The position numbers were made by a program, and so were the translations under genes. DNA of 62,724 nt, filler included. It is 7 parts of 7 records of this genome, joined end to end, with 100 filler letters (N's around TTAATTAATTAA, not from the genome) between each part and the next. Parts side by side here need not be neighbours in the genome. Positions count along the whole stretch, not along the records: positions 10,139 to 16,743 come from SRR31147125_19570; positions 16,844 to 24,909 come from SRR31147125_19583; 5 more parts are not named here. One strand, written 5' to 3'. The notes below the pieces were generated by a model. It had not been told where the DNA came from and ran no database searches. It saw nothing but the letters and a program-made list of their open reading frames with translations. Each line of letters opens with the position of its first letter. Positions within the stretch are counted from its first letter, which is position 1. This document shows, in pieces, positions 11,026 through 21,697 of the stretch.

Positions 11026-11368
11026 CCTGCTTCTCCACCCGTTCCATGGGACTGATGACCTCGGTGAGGCGAATGCCATATTTTTTATTGACCACGACGA
11101 CATCACCCTTGGCAATCAGATGGTTGTTGGCAAGGATTTCAAGCGTATCGCCAGCCTCTTTGGTTAATTCGATCACCGATCCCTGGCCTAGCTTAAGCAG
11201 GTCATTGACCAACATTTTCGTGCGTCCCAATTCGATTGTGATCTCCAGCGGGATATCCAGCAGAAGATCCAGATTGTCGCCATCACCGTGCACCGTATCG
11301 CCGCTCTTCACGCCGGAAGATTTCGCGGTCGGGGTCAGTTCTGTTGCGGTTTGATTGTTTTCAGCCAT
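11022..11368 (-). CDS. fliN: Flagellar motor switch protein FliN (stop apparently lost to a 1-nt indel; reads through to 10760)
   Basis: LDLLLDIPLEITIELGRT...GQGSVIEL...IAKGDVVVVNKKYGIRLTEV. Confidence 0.93.
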
Positions 11369-11371
11369 CGA

Positions 11372-12355
11372 TTATCCTTTTCCTCGATCGGGATCGATCA
11401 CTTCGTTGATTTGAACGGCCTTGCTCCCTTTCACCACACCGGGCATCCCAAGAAATTTGGGAACGCGTTCAATGTTTACGATGACATTGTTTTGAGGCCC
11501 GGTGTTGAGTCGGATGATGTCATCAACCTCAAAGTTCAGTATATCTTCAATCGCATAGACGGTTGTGCCCAATTCGGCAACGACGTTGACCTTCGTCCGC
11601 CCGAGCAATTTACGAATCTCATCACCAAATGAACTGGCCCGGTCCTTTTCACGAAGATAGCTTGAGCTGAGCTGATCTTTGATGGGTTCGAGCATGAGAT
11701 ACGGCAGGCATAGGTGGATATTACCCGAGAACGACTCAGTGCTGATCTCAAAAACCACGATGATCAGTTGATCGCTGGGGTTTACCAGATAGACAAACTC
11801 GGGCTTGGTTTCAATTTTGCGCAGTGCCAGGCGGAGCGTGTAGGCCGCGTCCCAGGCGGTTTCAAGGTCTTTCAGAACGGCGACGGCCAGTTTTTGCAGC
11901 ATGCGCCGCTCTATCACGGTGAACTCACGGATCTTGTCAATGGGCTTGCCGTCTCCACCGAACATGCAATCGATTAAAGAAAAAACCAGATTGGGCTCAA
12001 ACGCCAAAAGCGAGGACCCGATCAGCGGCTCCATACTGAAAATGATAAATCCCGTCGGATTGGAGAAGGCTTTGATGAACTCTCCAAATTTTACCGTCTC
12101 CCGCGAGATGATCTTGACCGAAAGAGCTCTCTGGAAGAGGCTGGACAAGGATGCCTGAAAAAGATTGATGAATTTGTCGTGGACCTCTTCCAGCGCATCG
12201 AACTGTCCCCGCTCCATAATGTTTTGGGCGGTGAGGTCATAGGGACGGACTTCGGCGGCGACTTCCGGCTGTTCTTCGGCAACGTCGATTTCCCCGCTAT
12301 CCATCGCCGAAAGCAGCGCATCAATTTCCTCCTGGGATAATATCTGGTCAGCCAT
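11372..12355 (-). CDS. fliM: Flagellar motor switch protein FliM
   Basis: N-terminal ILSQEEIDALL CheY-binding motif, LCLPYLMLEPI, and a C-terminal SpoA domain. Confidence 0.96.
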   Translation of the reverse strand: MADQILSQEEIDALLSAMDSGEIDVAEEQPEVAAEVRPYDLTAQNIMERGQFDALEEVHDKFINLFQASLSSLFQRALSVKIISRETVKFGEFIKAFSNPTGFIIFSMEPLIGSSLLAFEPNLVFSLIDCMFGGDGKPIDKIREFTVIERRMLQKLAVAVLKDLETAWDAAYTLRLALRKIETKPEFVYLVNPSDQLIIVVFEISTESFSGNIHLCLPYLMLEPIKDQLSSSYLREKDRASSFGDEIRKLLGRTKVNVVAELGTTVYAIEDILNFEVDDIIRLNTGPQNNVIVNIERVPKFLGMPGVVKGSKAVQINEVIDPDRGKG

Positions 12356-12364
12356 GACGCGATC

Positions 12365-12823
12365 CTATTGAACGACAAATTCGGTAAAATAAATGTTGTT
12401 CACCTGCCCTTTGGTCATCAAACTATTGATGTTTTCCATCACCTCGTTACGTAGGGCAATTTTTCCTTCCGTCGTACTGATGTCATCATATTTTTTGGTG
12501 GGCAGGGTCATCAAAATGGCATCTCGAATCTGGGGCAACCGGCTCTCGATCGTTGCCTCGGCCTCGGCATCATTGAGCTCGAGGGCCATTGTCACGCGGA
12601 GATAGCGTTTCCCACCGTGGTCCGACAGGTTAACGATCATGGTGTCCAACGAGTACAACGGCCCCATGACATTTTCTTCTTCCTCCAAGGGTATTTCTCC
12701 GGTGGTCGGCGGCGTCTGTGGTATTTCCGATATTTTGTTCCAAAGAATAAAAAAGCCCGCGCCTACCATCCCCATGAAAAGAAGGACAACCGAAATAATG
12801 ATAATCAACACTGTTTTAGACAT
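12365..12823 (-). CDS. fliL: Flagellar basal-body protein FliL
   Basis: N-terminal TM, IVNLSDHGGKRYLRV, PQIRDAI, IYFTEFVVQ. Confidence 0.95.
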   Translation of the reverse strand: MSKTVLIIIISVVLLFMGMVGAGFFILWNKISEIPQTPPTTGEIPLEEEENVMGPLYSLDTMIVNLSDHGGKRYLRVTMALELNDAEAEATIESRLPQIRDAILMTLPTKKYDDISTTEGKIALRNEVMENINSLMTKGQVNNIYFTEFVVQ

Positions 12824-12895
12824 CCATCAACCTCCGCCAAAGCTTATTGCCTATGCCTGCTATTCTGCCCGCTACGAGCTATTGGCATACAGTAT

Positions 12896-12912
12896 AGCAT
12901 GTTGCATGCCAG
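12896..12912 (-). promoter_or_regulatory. sigma54 promoter for fliLMNOP
   Basis: The minus strand reads CTGGCATGCAACATGCT (GG-N10-GC), about 70 nt upstream of fliL. Confidence 0.65.
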
Positions 12913-13044
12913 TGTTAGCTTCCGGAAACGGTCGGCGAACCGACTTCCCGTTGGTTGGTGGATCTTTACCGGGTATTGAACGGAAAAAACGCTCGAAGAT
13001 GAAGGGACACTGTTTGAAATGAGGGCAAATACGCCATTATAGGC

Positions 13045-13076
13045 GTCAATTTTCGGAAAACAGTCAAGCTGTTGAC
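13045..13076. promoter_or_regulatory. FleQ/FlrA-like enhancer boxes
   Basis: GTCAA-GCTG-TTGAC (13063-13076) plus a degenerate GTCAA-TTTT-CGGAA (13045-13058), about 135-150 nt upstream of the sigma54 site. Confidence 0.5.
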
Positions 13077-13212
13077 AGCCGGAAGCGGCATATAAGGACG
13101 AGCACCATCGAGGGGCGGGAAGTGCCGATTTGCGTTGAACGCGGCGGCAGACGATCGTCCAGTATGAAACGAACCGTCTGCTGCCCGCTGATAGGCCATC
13201 AAGCGATTGATA

Positions 13213-14460
13213 TTATCGTTTGATATTAATCAGTTCCTGAAGAATCTCATCGCTTGTGGTGATCACTTTGGAATTGGCCTGGTATGCACGCTGGGTGGTG
13301 ATCATTTCCACAAATTCACCGGCCAAATCGACATTGGACATCTCAAGGGTGCTGGGTGCAACCGACCCCAAACTGGCGGTATTCGGTGCACTGACCAATG
13401 CCTGGCCCGAAGACAAGGACTCCGCATACAGATTGCTGCCCATTTTTGAGAGACCGGAGTAACTGGCAAAGTCTGCCAGGGCAAGCTGGGCGAAGGGAAT
13501 CATGGATCCATTGGAATAAACGCCTGTAAAATAGCCATCCTCATCCACGGACACCGATTGAAGACTGCCGGAAGGATAGCCATCCTGGGTCTGGGCGGTC
13601 TTGGTGGACTCCGAACTGTATCCCGTAATGCTGCCGTCACTCGTTGTGGCGTCGGATAGGTAGGTCCACGTCACCGCCATATCATCGGCACCATCGAGTC
13701 CGCTAATCTGGATAATTGGATTGCCATCGGCGTCGGCGCTCGGGGCTGCCCCGGCAGTCACTGTCGTTGCCGTCGGGTCCAAATTGCCATCCACGTCGAA
13801 GCCGATATAGCCGGCGGTGGTACAAGTACCCGGATCGGTAGAAACGCTCCAGTCCCACCGCGTATTTGTCTCATCGTATACAAACTCCATATCCAGGATG
13901 ACTTCGGACCCGAGGGAGTTGTACGTGGTGATCGAGCTGGTGAAGGAGTCCAGGTCCTCGGCATCGTTGTCCAGGTTGATGCCGAACGACATCTCCTGAG
14001 TCGCATTGGGTGCGCTGGTTCCGTTGGGCAGCGCGATGTCATCGATCCCTCCGATTGTTCCATCTGTGGCAATGGAATAGCCTTGCACGATGAAGCCGTC
14101 CGGAGTCACCAAGCGCCCCTCATTATCCCACTCGAATTGACCCGCCCGCGTATAATAGGAATTATTGGTGCTTGGATCGTCGACGATAAAAAGGCCGGTG
14201 CCGTTGACGGAGATATCGGTTGTACTGCTCGTATTCTCAAGAGAGCCGGCTTTCCACTGGGGATTCACGCCGTTGAGGCTGACACCGCGGCCGATTTCCA
14301 GGCCGGTCCGACTCATGGTCGAACTGAAGATGTTGGCAAAGGACACCTTTGAGGATTTGAACCCGGTCGTGTCGACATTGGCAATGTTATCGCCGATCAC
14401 CGCCATGGCGTTAGTGTTTGCTTTTAAACCTGAAATGCCTGAATACAATGAACCAATCAT
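13213..14460 (-). CDS. flgE: Flagellar hook protein FlgE
   Basis: SGISGL...IGDNIANVDTTGFK, YTRAGQF, LEMSNVDLAGEFVEMITTQRAYQANSKVI. Confidence 0.97.
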   Translation of the reverse strand: MIGSLYSGISGLKANTNAMAVIGDNIANVDTTGFKSSKVSFANIFSSTMSRTGLEIGRGVSLNGVNPQWKAGSLENTSSTTDISVNGTGLFIVDDPSTNNSYYTRAGQFEWDNEGRLVTPDGFIVQGYSIATDGTIGGIDDIALPNGTSAPNATQEMSFGINLDNDAEDLDSFTSSITTYNSLGSEVILDMEFVYDETNTRWDWSVSTDPGTCTTAGYIGFDVDGNLDPTATTVTAGAAPSADADGNPIIQISGLDGADDMAVTWTYLSDATTSDGSITGYSSESTKTAQTQDGYPSGSLQSVSVDEDGYFTGVYSNGSMIPFAQLALADFASYSGLSKMGSNLYAESLSSGQALVSAPNTASLGSVAPSTLEMSNVDLAGEFVEMITTQRAYQANSKVITTSDEILQELINIKR

Positions 14461-14509
14461 GATCGATCTCCTTTGCTATTTGCTATGAATTTCAAATTCT
14501 TTGAAAATG

Positions 14510-15193
14510 CTATAAATCATTATCATCGGTGACGACATCTTCGACGCGAATCAGAGAAGCGATGGAAACTTCCTGGTCACCAAGCAGCAGCATGGTATCC
14601 CCACTTTGATAGTCAATACCGGTCACTATCCCGGTGATATACGAGGTGCTGGCGACGCTGTTTCCATCGGCATCAACCGCCATGACGGAGAAGCTGTATC
14701 TGCCGTCATCCACGGTGGAGCCATACTGATCGGCGGCGTTCCAGGCGATGTCGTGCATGCCGGCGTCCAGGCTTCCGGCTTCGATATCCGCTACAAATTC
14801 GCCATACGCATCGTAAATCTGGATATAAACGGCTTGGCTATTCTCATTCAATTCAATGGATATGGGATCGGGCGTGCCATTTGCCACGGAAAGGGTGTCA
14901 CCCGAGGCGGTGACGGTTTTGCCGATAAAATTTGAAGATTGAATATTGTTTGATGTGGATTGGTAGACTTCGGAAGCTGCCAATGCATCATTTATATTCT
15001 GCAGCTGTTCAAGAGAACTGAATTGAGCCAATTGGGCGGTAAACTCGGTACTATCCGAAGGATTCATGGGGTCCTGGTTTTGCAGTTGCGCAATCAGCAA
15101 GTTCAAGAAATCGTCTTTTCCCATCACGGTTTCGGTGGCGCTGGTGGTCGTGTCGGCCTGACTGTATACTTCGGAAACACTCATCACTGTCAT
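14510..15193 (-). CDS. flgD: Flagellar hook cap protein FlgD
   Basis: DDFLNLLIAQLQNQDPMNP...FTAQLAQFSSLEQL. Confidence 0.96.
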   Translation of the reverse strand: MTVMSVSEVYSQADTTTSATETVMGKDDFLNLLIAQLQNQDPMNPSDSTEFTAQLAQFSSLEQLQNINDALAASEVYQSTSNNIQSSNFIGKTVTASGDTLSVANGTPDPISIELNENSQAVYIQIYDAYGEFVADIEAGSLDAGMHDIAWNAADQYGSTVDDGRYSFSVMAVDADGNSVASTSYITGIVTGIDYQSGDTMLLLGDQEVSIASLIRVEDVVTDDNDL

Positions 15194-15247
15194 GCGATCC
15201 TACCTTTCTATTTATTGGCAAGGGCCATCCGGTGCCCGGATTTGGGT

Positions 15248-16743
15248 TTAAACAAAATAGTTGATCCCATCATCCGTCGAATCGGGTTCGCTTTCATCAC
15301 TGTGTCTATTCTGGGAAGGCGACTCCTGTTGGTCGCTATTTCGTCTTTTTCCACGACCATCGGAGTTGTTTTTGAACATTTGGAAAAACTGCTCGCGGTT
15401 GTCCTGTTGATCATTGCCCGCGCTTATCATCACTTCAATTTTACCGACCGTAAGCCCTTGTTTATCCAATTCCGCCTTTAAATGATGCAGTTGGCTTTCG
15501 ATTATCTCTTTGGTTTCCGGCTTATCGGCAATCATCTGCACTACCATTTGATTTTTCTCGGCGACGATGCTCATGCGTACGTCACCCAAGGTGTCTGGCT
15601 TCAGTTGAATACGAATTTCAGAACGATCGTTAACCGACCGAAGGGTCGCCTTTTCCACAATCTGATCCATCACCGTTTTCTGGAAGGCGGAATCACTGGA
15701 TGCCTGCGGCAGAGCGCCACCGATCGTTGGGGGTATCAACGGCCTGCCGTCGATGGTCGAACCGGCAGACACCATGGCTTTCATGGAATTATTTAAAAGA
15801 GTATCGGTTTCACCGAGATCGGATGCGGCCATCTTGGTCGATTGGCTGTCAATCGCCTGCTGCGCTCGGCCATTTGCTGACGATTGTTTTTCACCGTCAA
15901 AAAGCGTTCATCGTGTTCACGGGAGAACCCGACGCCCTGATCGGCCCGGTAGGTGTCGATGTCGCCTTTAGTTCGCCCGTCGATACCTTTTTTGTTCAGG
16001 CCCTCGGACTCCACGGTCCGCGGTTTCTCGACGTTTTGTGGTGTCGGTGGCTGATCTGACACGTCCATGGATAGCCGTTGATTACCCTGGGAAGTCAAAT
16101 TCGGGTCAAGAGGCTTGGGGACAGCGATCTTACGGTCTGAATAAACGGCTTCTTCCGGGGCCGAGGATTCACTCCCCCCAGAGCCCAAAATATTTATATG
16201 GGTCGATTCCTTGGGCCAATCGAGACGTGTCGCCTGCTTTTTTATTACGCCGGCATCGGTAGGCTCATCGACTGAATCGACAAGCGAGTCACCATCCCCT
16301 CCCCTTTCAATTGGCGTTTGCTGACCAGTCGTCATCGTGGTACCGGGAAAGTCGCTTTTTGGGGTGAGCACCTTGCCTTCGGCAGGCACCTCTCCCCCCT
16401 TGGATTCATCCTTCGCTGGATGTAGCGCGTAGTCCCGATTTTGGCCAAGGTCTTTCCCGGCATCCATGTTGAAAACGGTCGCCGGTCCGGCAATCGATGC
16501 CTCCAAGGCGGCCACATTATCATTCAGCAGCGTAAGCGGATCGGTTTCAGTTTGCGCGGTGTCGGTCGAAACGTCGGTTAGCGTCGTTCCCACCAAAGAA
16601 GATAATCGTTCATTTAACAGCATCACCAGCTCGGATTCAACGCCGATCGTTTCTTGATCGTGTAGCGTGGCGTTGCCCGGTTGTGATTCACCGATTCCCC
16701 ATTGCCCCAAGACTTCCAAAATCAGACTCGACCGGGACACCTC
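15248..16743 (-). CDS. fliK: Flagellar hook-length control protein FliK (5' truncated, frameshifted)
   Basis: Low-complexity N-terminal part (15793-16740) plus C-domain IRIQLKPDTLGDVRM...LKAELDKQGL (15248-15832). Upstream of flgD. Confidence 0.85.
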
Positions 16744-16843
16744 NNNNNNNNNNNNNNNNNNNNNNNNNNNNNNNNNNNNNNNNNNNNTTAATTAATTAAN
16801 NNNNNNNNNNNNNNNNNNNNNNNNNNNNNNNNNNNNNNNNNNN
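16744..16843. other. Artificial contig spacer
   Basis: N-run containing TTAATTAATTAA. Confidence 0.98.
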
Positions 16844-17393
16844 GGGGCTTTTCGAACAGAAGGGGATTAACACGGCCATTGTTCCCTCAAACAATCCCGT
16901 GGAACTCTTCTTACGAGGCGCGACAGAGGGGACCCTCGCCATGTGGTACAACGAGTATCACACGCTTCTGAACTATGGCCTGCGTGAAGATGAGCTCACC
17001 TATTTCTTCTTCAATGTGACCCCCTTCGATTTTCCCGAAGACGGCATGTACTGCCTCTCCTCCACCTGTGAGCAGTACCTTGAAGAGGCGAGCGCACTTG
17101 TGGATGCGACATTCAGAGGCTGGCACTACGCCTTTGAACACCCGGACGAGGCGCTGGACATTGTCATCGCGAAAATGGAAGAGGAACATATTCCGGTTAC
17201 CAGGGGTCACCAGAGATGGATGCTGGAGAAAATGAGAGTCCTGCTGCTGGCTGACATTGGTGATGAAGATTCATATGGCAGGCTGTCGGAAGAACAGTTT
17301 GCAAACACGGTCAATGCCCTGAAAAATGCCGGAATTATCGAGAGCACTATCGCGTATGACCGATTTTACAAGGACGTACTCCATGTTCAATAA
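16844..17393 (+). CDS. NMT1/THI5-like ABC substrate-binding protein (5' truncated)
   Basis: AMWYNEY, DFPEDGMY and ATFRGWHYAFEHPDEALDIV are typical of SsuA/THI5-like C-terminal halves. Confidence 0.75.
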
Positions 17394-19307
17394 TCGCTCG
17401 ATTGTTTTCAAGGTTGCGGCTCTTTTTCTGATCTGTTCAACCGGTATCATCGCTCTGGCTTTTGGCTATAACTACTGGACTTCACGCAATACGATAATCG
17501 AGATGTCCCTCGAACATGGCTGGGACCTTGGCCGTGAAACGGCAGGAAGCATTGCGGCGCGGCTTAAACCCGTTGAGATGGTCGTGCAGAATGTCGCCAG
17601 AACCATGGAGGAAGATTCGGTAACCGGTGAGAGGATACCGAAGATACTGGGGCGGCTGATGGGTGAATATGAGACGGTCTTCGGGATGGCTGTCGCTTTT
17701 GAACCCTACACGATGGACAGCGAGAAGATTTTTATGCACCATATGGGTATCGGACAGAGGAGGAAATCTCGTTCAAGATGCTTGGCGGTCCGAACTATCG
17801 CTACTTTTTGATGGACTGGTATCAATTGCCGAAGGAACTCGGCAAACCCTATTGGACGGAGCCCTATTTTGATGAGCAGGGCGGGGAAGTGCTGATGGTG
17901 ACCTACTCCGTTCCGTTTTACCGGTTACAGGACGGGGTGCGCACCTTCACCGGTGTGGTGACCGCTGATATATCAATCGAGTGGCTGCATGAACAGCTTT
18001 CGTCTCTCAAGCTCTATGATAACGGCTATCCTGTACTCTACAGTCAGAATGGGACGGTGATCTACCATCCGGACAGCACCCTGGTGGCAAATGAAACAAT
18101 TTTTTCCTATGCGGAGCGGTTTGATGACCAGCGTCTGTGGAATATCGGTCGCAGGATGATCGAAGGACAAACCGGCATTGTCGAATATTCCAGCAATTAC
18201 AGCAAGCGTGAAATTTTCTTCCTGTTTATGCCCCTTGCCATTGGCAACTGGTCCGTCGGCCTGCTGCTGCCGAAGGAGGAGATGCTCAGTCCTCTGACGA
18301 AGATAACCCGCAACACGGTGATAATCAGCCTTCTTGGATTCCTCATTCTCGCCCTGGCGATCATCAATATAACACGAAGGGTGGCAAAACCGATCATTGC
18401 GCTTTCCTCCGCCACCAGGGAAATAGCGAAAGGAAACCTCGATGCGGAGCTCCCGGAATACCCGGGCAGGGACGAAATCGGTCAGCTGACGGAGGCTTTC
18501 TGCCAGATGGAGATTTCTCTCAAAACGTATATTGACGAACTGACCGCCACCACTATCAGCAAGGAGCGAATAGAATCGGAGCTGCGTATTGCCAGTGAAA
18601 TCCAGATGGGCATTCTGCCGAAGCTGTTCCCGGCCTTCCCGGAACGCCCGGAATTTGATGTCTACGCGACCATCGCCCCGGCCAAGGAGGTTGGCGGCGA
18701 CCTCTATGACTTCTTCTTTATCGATGACGATCATTTCTGTTTTCTGATCGGCGATGTCTCTGGCAAAGGGGTGCCGGCCGCTTTTTTCATGGCCGTGACC
18801 AAGACCATGCTCAATATCGTCTCCGAGCAGAAAAAGGATCCCGGCACCATTCTTATCAAGGTCAATGATGATCTGGCAAAGGACAACGACGCATGTATGT
18901 TCGTTACCCTTTTTCTTGGCATTATTGATATCGGATCAGGGATGGTCAGATATGCCAGCGCCGGTCATAATCCCCCGGTCCTGTTGAAAAAAAATGAGGA
19001 ACCGACCTGGCTGCCTGTCCCCAGGGAACCGGTCGCCGGTGCAATGGACGGTATGGCCTATACCACCCATGAAGTGAGCATGGCTCACGATGATACGCTC
19101 TTTCTCTACACGGACGGGGTAACCGAAGCGATGAATGAAGCTGAAGAATTTTACGGTGATCAGAAACTCCTGGATCTGCTGAAAGCAAAACGTGTGACAA
19201 CTTCACGGGAGCTCGTGCAGGTTGTCGAAACGTCCGTTGCTGAATTTGCCGGTGCGGCCGAACAGGCGGATGATATCACCATGCTTGCTCTTCAATATAC
19301 AAACTAA
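17383..19307 (+). CDS. Cache-HAMP-PP2C (SpoIIE/RsbU-like) sensor phosphatase, frameshifted near 17730
   Basis: TM; Cache (DWYQLPK...WTEPYFD); TM; HAMP (RDEIGQL); PP2C motifs EVGGDLYD, IGDVSGKGVPAA, SAGHNPP, YTDGVTEA, DDITML. Confidence 0.92.
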
Positions 19308-19321
19308 CGGTAATCTTACCG

Positions 19322-21679
19322 ATGAACAGGCGTATCCCCGGAGAAGCGCAGGCAGTCATTGCACCGTCTGAAAAACTGCGCCCCAAGTACGAGGTGCTGG
19401 CCGACGGCGGTGACGATCTGGGATCCCCCATTGGCGGAATTGGATCAGGCAGCATCGGGCGTTCTCCAAGCGGTCATTTCAACCGGTTCTTCATAGCTCC
19501 CGGCCGGTTCGATTTTCTTACCGAGAGTGCAAATATCTTCTCCGTCTTCCAGAGGCAGAAGGGGAAGAAACCATTTGCATCGGCCCTCGCCGACAGCTAT
19601 CGGGGAGCTGTTCGCAATGAAAAACCACTGTACGAATGGTATCGGAATACTCCCTCTATCTCCTGCGAGCACAAGGTTCTCTACCCGTTAGGCTGGTTCC
19701 ATTACAAACCAACCTCGAAGATGGCTGTCGAGATGGTATGCGAACAGTTTTCCCCGATCATCAAAGACAATTACAAAGAATCCAGTTTGCCGCTGGGTAT
19801 CTTCAGGTGGCATCTCGTAAACTCGAGCGATCGGGAAACCGAGGTTGCCCTGATGTTCTCGTTTGTCAACATGAACGGGTGGTTTGCCGACTCCAATCAT
19901 CACACAGCCCGGCATCTGTCCAGCGGTCTCTTCAACGAGCCCTGCACCAGCGATATTTCCCGCGGTGTTCTACTCAGACGCGAAGAAACGGATCCCTTTC
20001 CAACCAACCAGGGCAGCATGTGCATTGGCCTGAAAAAAGATGACGGGCTTGCGATCAGCACGCGCTCAACGTTCCACGGCGACCGGGACGGATCTGAAAT
20101 CTGGGGCAGCTTTTCCGACAGGGGCGAGATCGTCGAGGGTGAAAACTGGATGGGCTGTTGCGAGTTTTCCCCGTATCATACCGGCTACCCGGCAGCCGCG
20201 GTTTGCGGCCGTGTCACCCTGCAACCGGGGGAAACCCGGCAGATGGTGTTCGCCCTCTCCTGGGATTTCCCTGTGGTCACCTTCGGTGGAGGGAGAAGCT
20301 ATTTCAGGAAATATACCAGGTGCTTCGGAACAGCAGGGACGTGTGCGGCAGAGATTGTCGACCACGGCCTTGCAAACCATGAAGCATGGTATTCCCGGAT
20401 CCGCTCGTGGCAACAGGATGTTGTCGGGAGAACTGACGCACGGACAGCCTCCCTTCTTTTCAATGAGCTGTACCTGTTGACCGAGGGGGCGACGGTCTGG
20501 CTCGACAGGGGGCTTCACGAGGGTTCGAAGGCGCAGGACCTTTTTGCCATGATGGAGTGTGCCGACTATCCCCACTACAACACCCTCGACCTGTGGATCT
20601 ATGCATCGTTTGCCATCGCTGATAACTGGCCCGAGCTCGCCCGTACGGTGATCACCCAGTATGCCGACGCCGTATTGAGCGAGGACAGGAGGCTCATGCG
20701 CCGGATGCGCTATGCTCCCGCCGGGGAGGTGATCGACAGGAAAACAGAAGATGTCTGCATGCGGATAACGGAGAAAGGTCAGGCCCCCCACGACCTCGGC
20801 TCGCCGTTCGACGACCCGATCCACCTGGTGAACAGTTACAACTTTCAGGATACCAACAACTGGAAAGACCTGAACTCCAACTTCATCCTTGCCGCCTACA
20901 GGGAAAGTCACAACGGCACCGACATCGCGCTGTGCACACGACTCTATCCCGCTATTCTCAGCGCCTTTACCCGTTTGGCGACGCATGACAGGGATGGTGA
21001 CGGGTTGATCGAGAACGAGGGCAAAGACCAGACGTTCGACATGGTCGGCATGTTCGGTGCCGGGTCCTACTGTTCAGGGCTGTGGCTCGCATCGCTCTGC
21101 GCGGTGCATGCGTTTGCCGAAGCAGTTGGCGATGCGGAGACTGCGGCAAAAACCGCCTCCATCCTCGCCCAGGCGCGGATCTCTTTTATGGATAAGCTGT
21201 GGAACGGGGAGCAGTTTACAATTGACGAGCAGACGGAGAACTCCGCGATCGTCTTTATCGATCAGTGCTTCGGTCTCTGGTATGCAGATGTCCTCGGCCT
21301 CGATCACGGTATCGATAAAACGTATATACAGAGCGCTCTGAATCACGTTTTCATACATAACTTTGTAGAGAACAGGGGCGTCGTCAACATTTCGGGCTTC
21401 AGAAAAGATGAAAACAACATCGACAGAGACGGCGGGCAGACGGATGAAATCCTCATTGGAATAAACCTCGGTTTTGCGGCCCAGCTTGCCTTTTACAATC
21501 TCACAGAAGAAAGTAACCAGGTGCTGGAGGCCATGCATTCATGTCTCTACGAAAAAAATGGTCTTATTTTCAAGACTCCGGCAGCTGTCGGGATCGATCG
21601 GGATTGCTATCGTGCGGTCCGGAATATGAGGCCGCTCGGCGTGTGGGCGCTGCTTTTTAACCAACGGAAGGATGCGTGA
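19322..21679 (+). CDS. GH116 beta-glucosidase / non-lysosomal glucosylceramidase family
   Basis: PIGGIGSGSIGR, FSPIIKDNYKESSLP, MECADYPHYNTLD (nucleophile region), PHDLGSP, WKDLN, DQTFD (acid/base region), MRPLGVWA. Confidence 0.92.
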   Translation: MNRRIPGEAQAVIAPSEKLRPKYEVLADGGDDLGSPIGGIGSGSIGRSPSGHFNRFFIAPGRFDFLTESANIFSVFQRQKGKKPFASALADSYRGAVRNEKPLYEWYRNTPSISCEHKVLYPLGWFHYKPTSKMAVEMVCEQFSPIIKDNYKESSLPLGIFRWHLVNSSDRETEVALMFSFVNMNGWFADSNHHTARHLSSGLFNEPCTSDISRGVLLRREETDPFPTNQGSMCIGLKKDDGLAISTRSTFHGDRDGSEIWGSFSDRGEIVEGENWMGCCEFSPYHTGYPAAAVCGRVTLQPGETRQMVFALSWDFPVVTFGGGRSYFRKYTRCFGTAGTCAAEIVDHGLANHEAWYSRIRSWQQDVVGRTDARTASLLFNELYLLTEGATVWLDRGLHEGSKAQDLFAMMECADYPHYNTLDLWIYASFAIADNWPELARTVITQYADAVLSEDRRLMRRMRYAPAGEVIDRKTEDVCMRITEKGQAPHDLGSPFDDPIHLVNSYNFQDTNNWKDLNSNFILAAYRESHNGTDIALCTRLYPAILSAFTRLATHDRDGDGLIENEGKDQTFDMVGMFGAGSYCSGLWLASLCAVHAFAEAVGDAETAAKTASILAQARISFMDKLWNGEQFTIDEQTENSAIVFIDQCFGLWYADVLGLDHGIDKTYIQSALNHVFIHNFVENRGVVNISGFRKDENNIDRDGGQTDEILIGINLGFAAQLAFYNLTEESNQVLEAMHSCLYEKNGLIFKTPAAVGIDRDCYRAVRNMRPLGVWALLFNQRKDA

Positions 21680-21697
21680 GGAGAACAACGTTCACGA

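Noticed and set aside
10760-11368. 202-aa FliN with a long Arg/His-rich tail, or a FliN-FliO fusion
   Set aside because: The tail is fliO read out of frame. One extra base near 11026 restores a TGA overlapping the fliO ATG.
12824-13212. No motAB between flgE and fliL; small ORFs in the gap
   Set aside because: Flagellar gene order varies between lineages, and the gap is explained by a hairpin (13144-13184), enhancer boxes and a sigma54 promoter.
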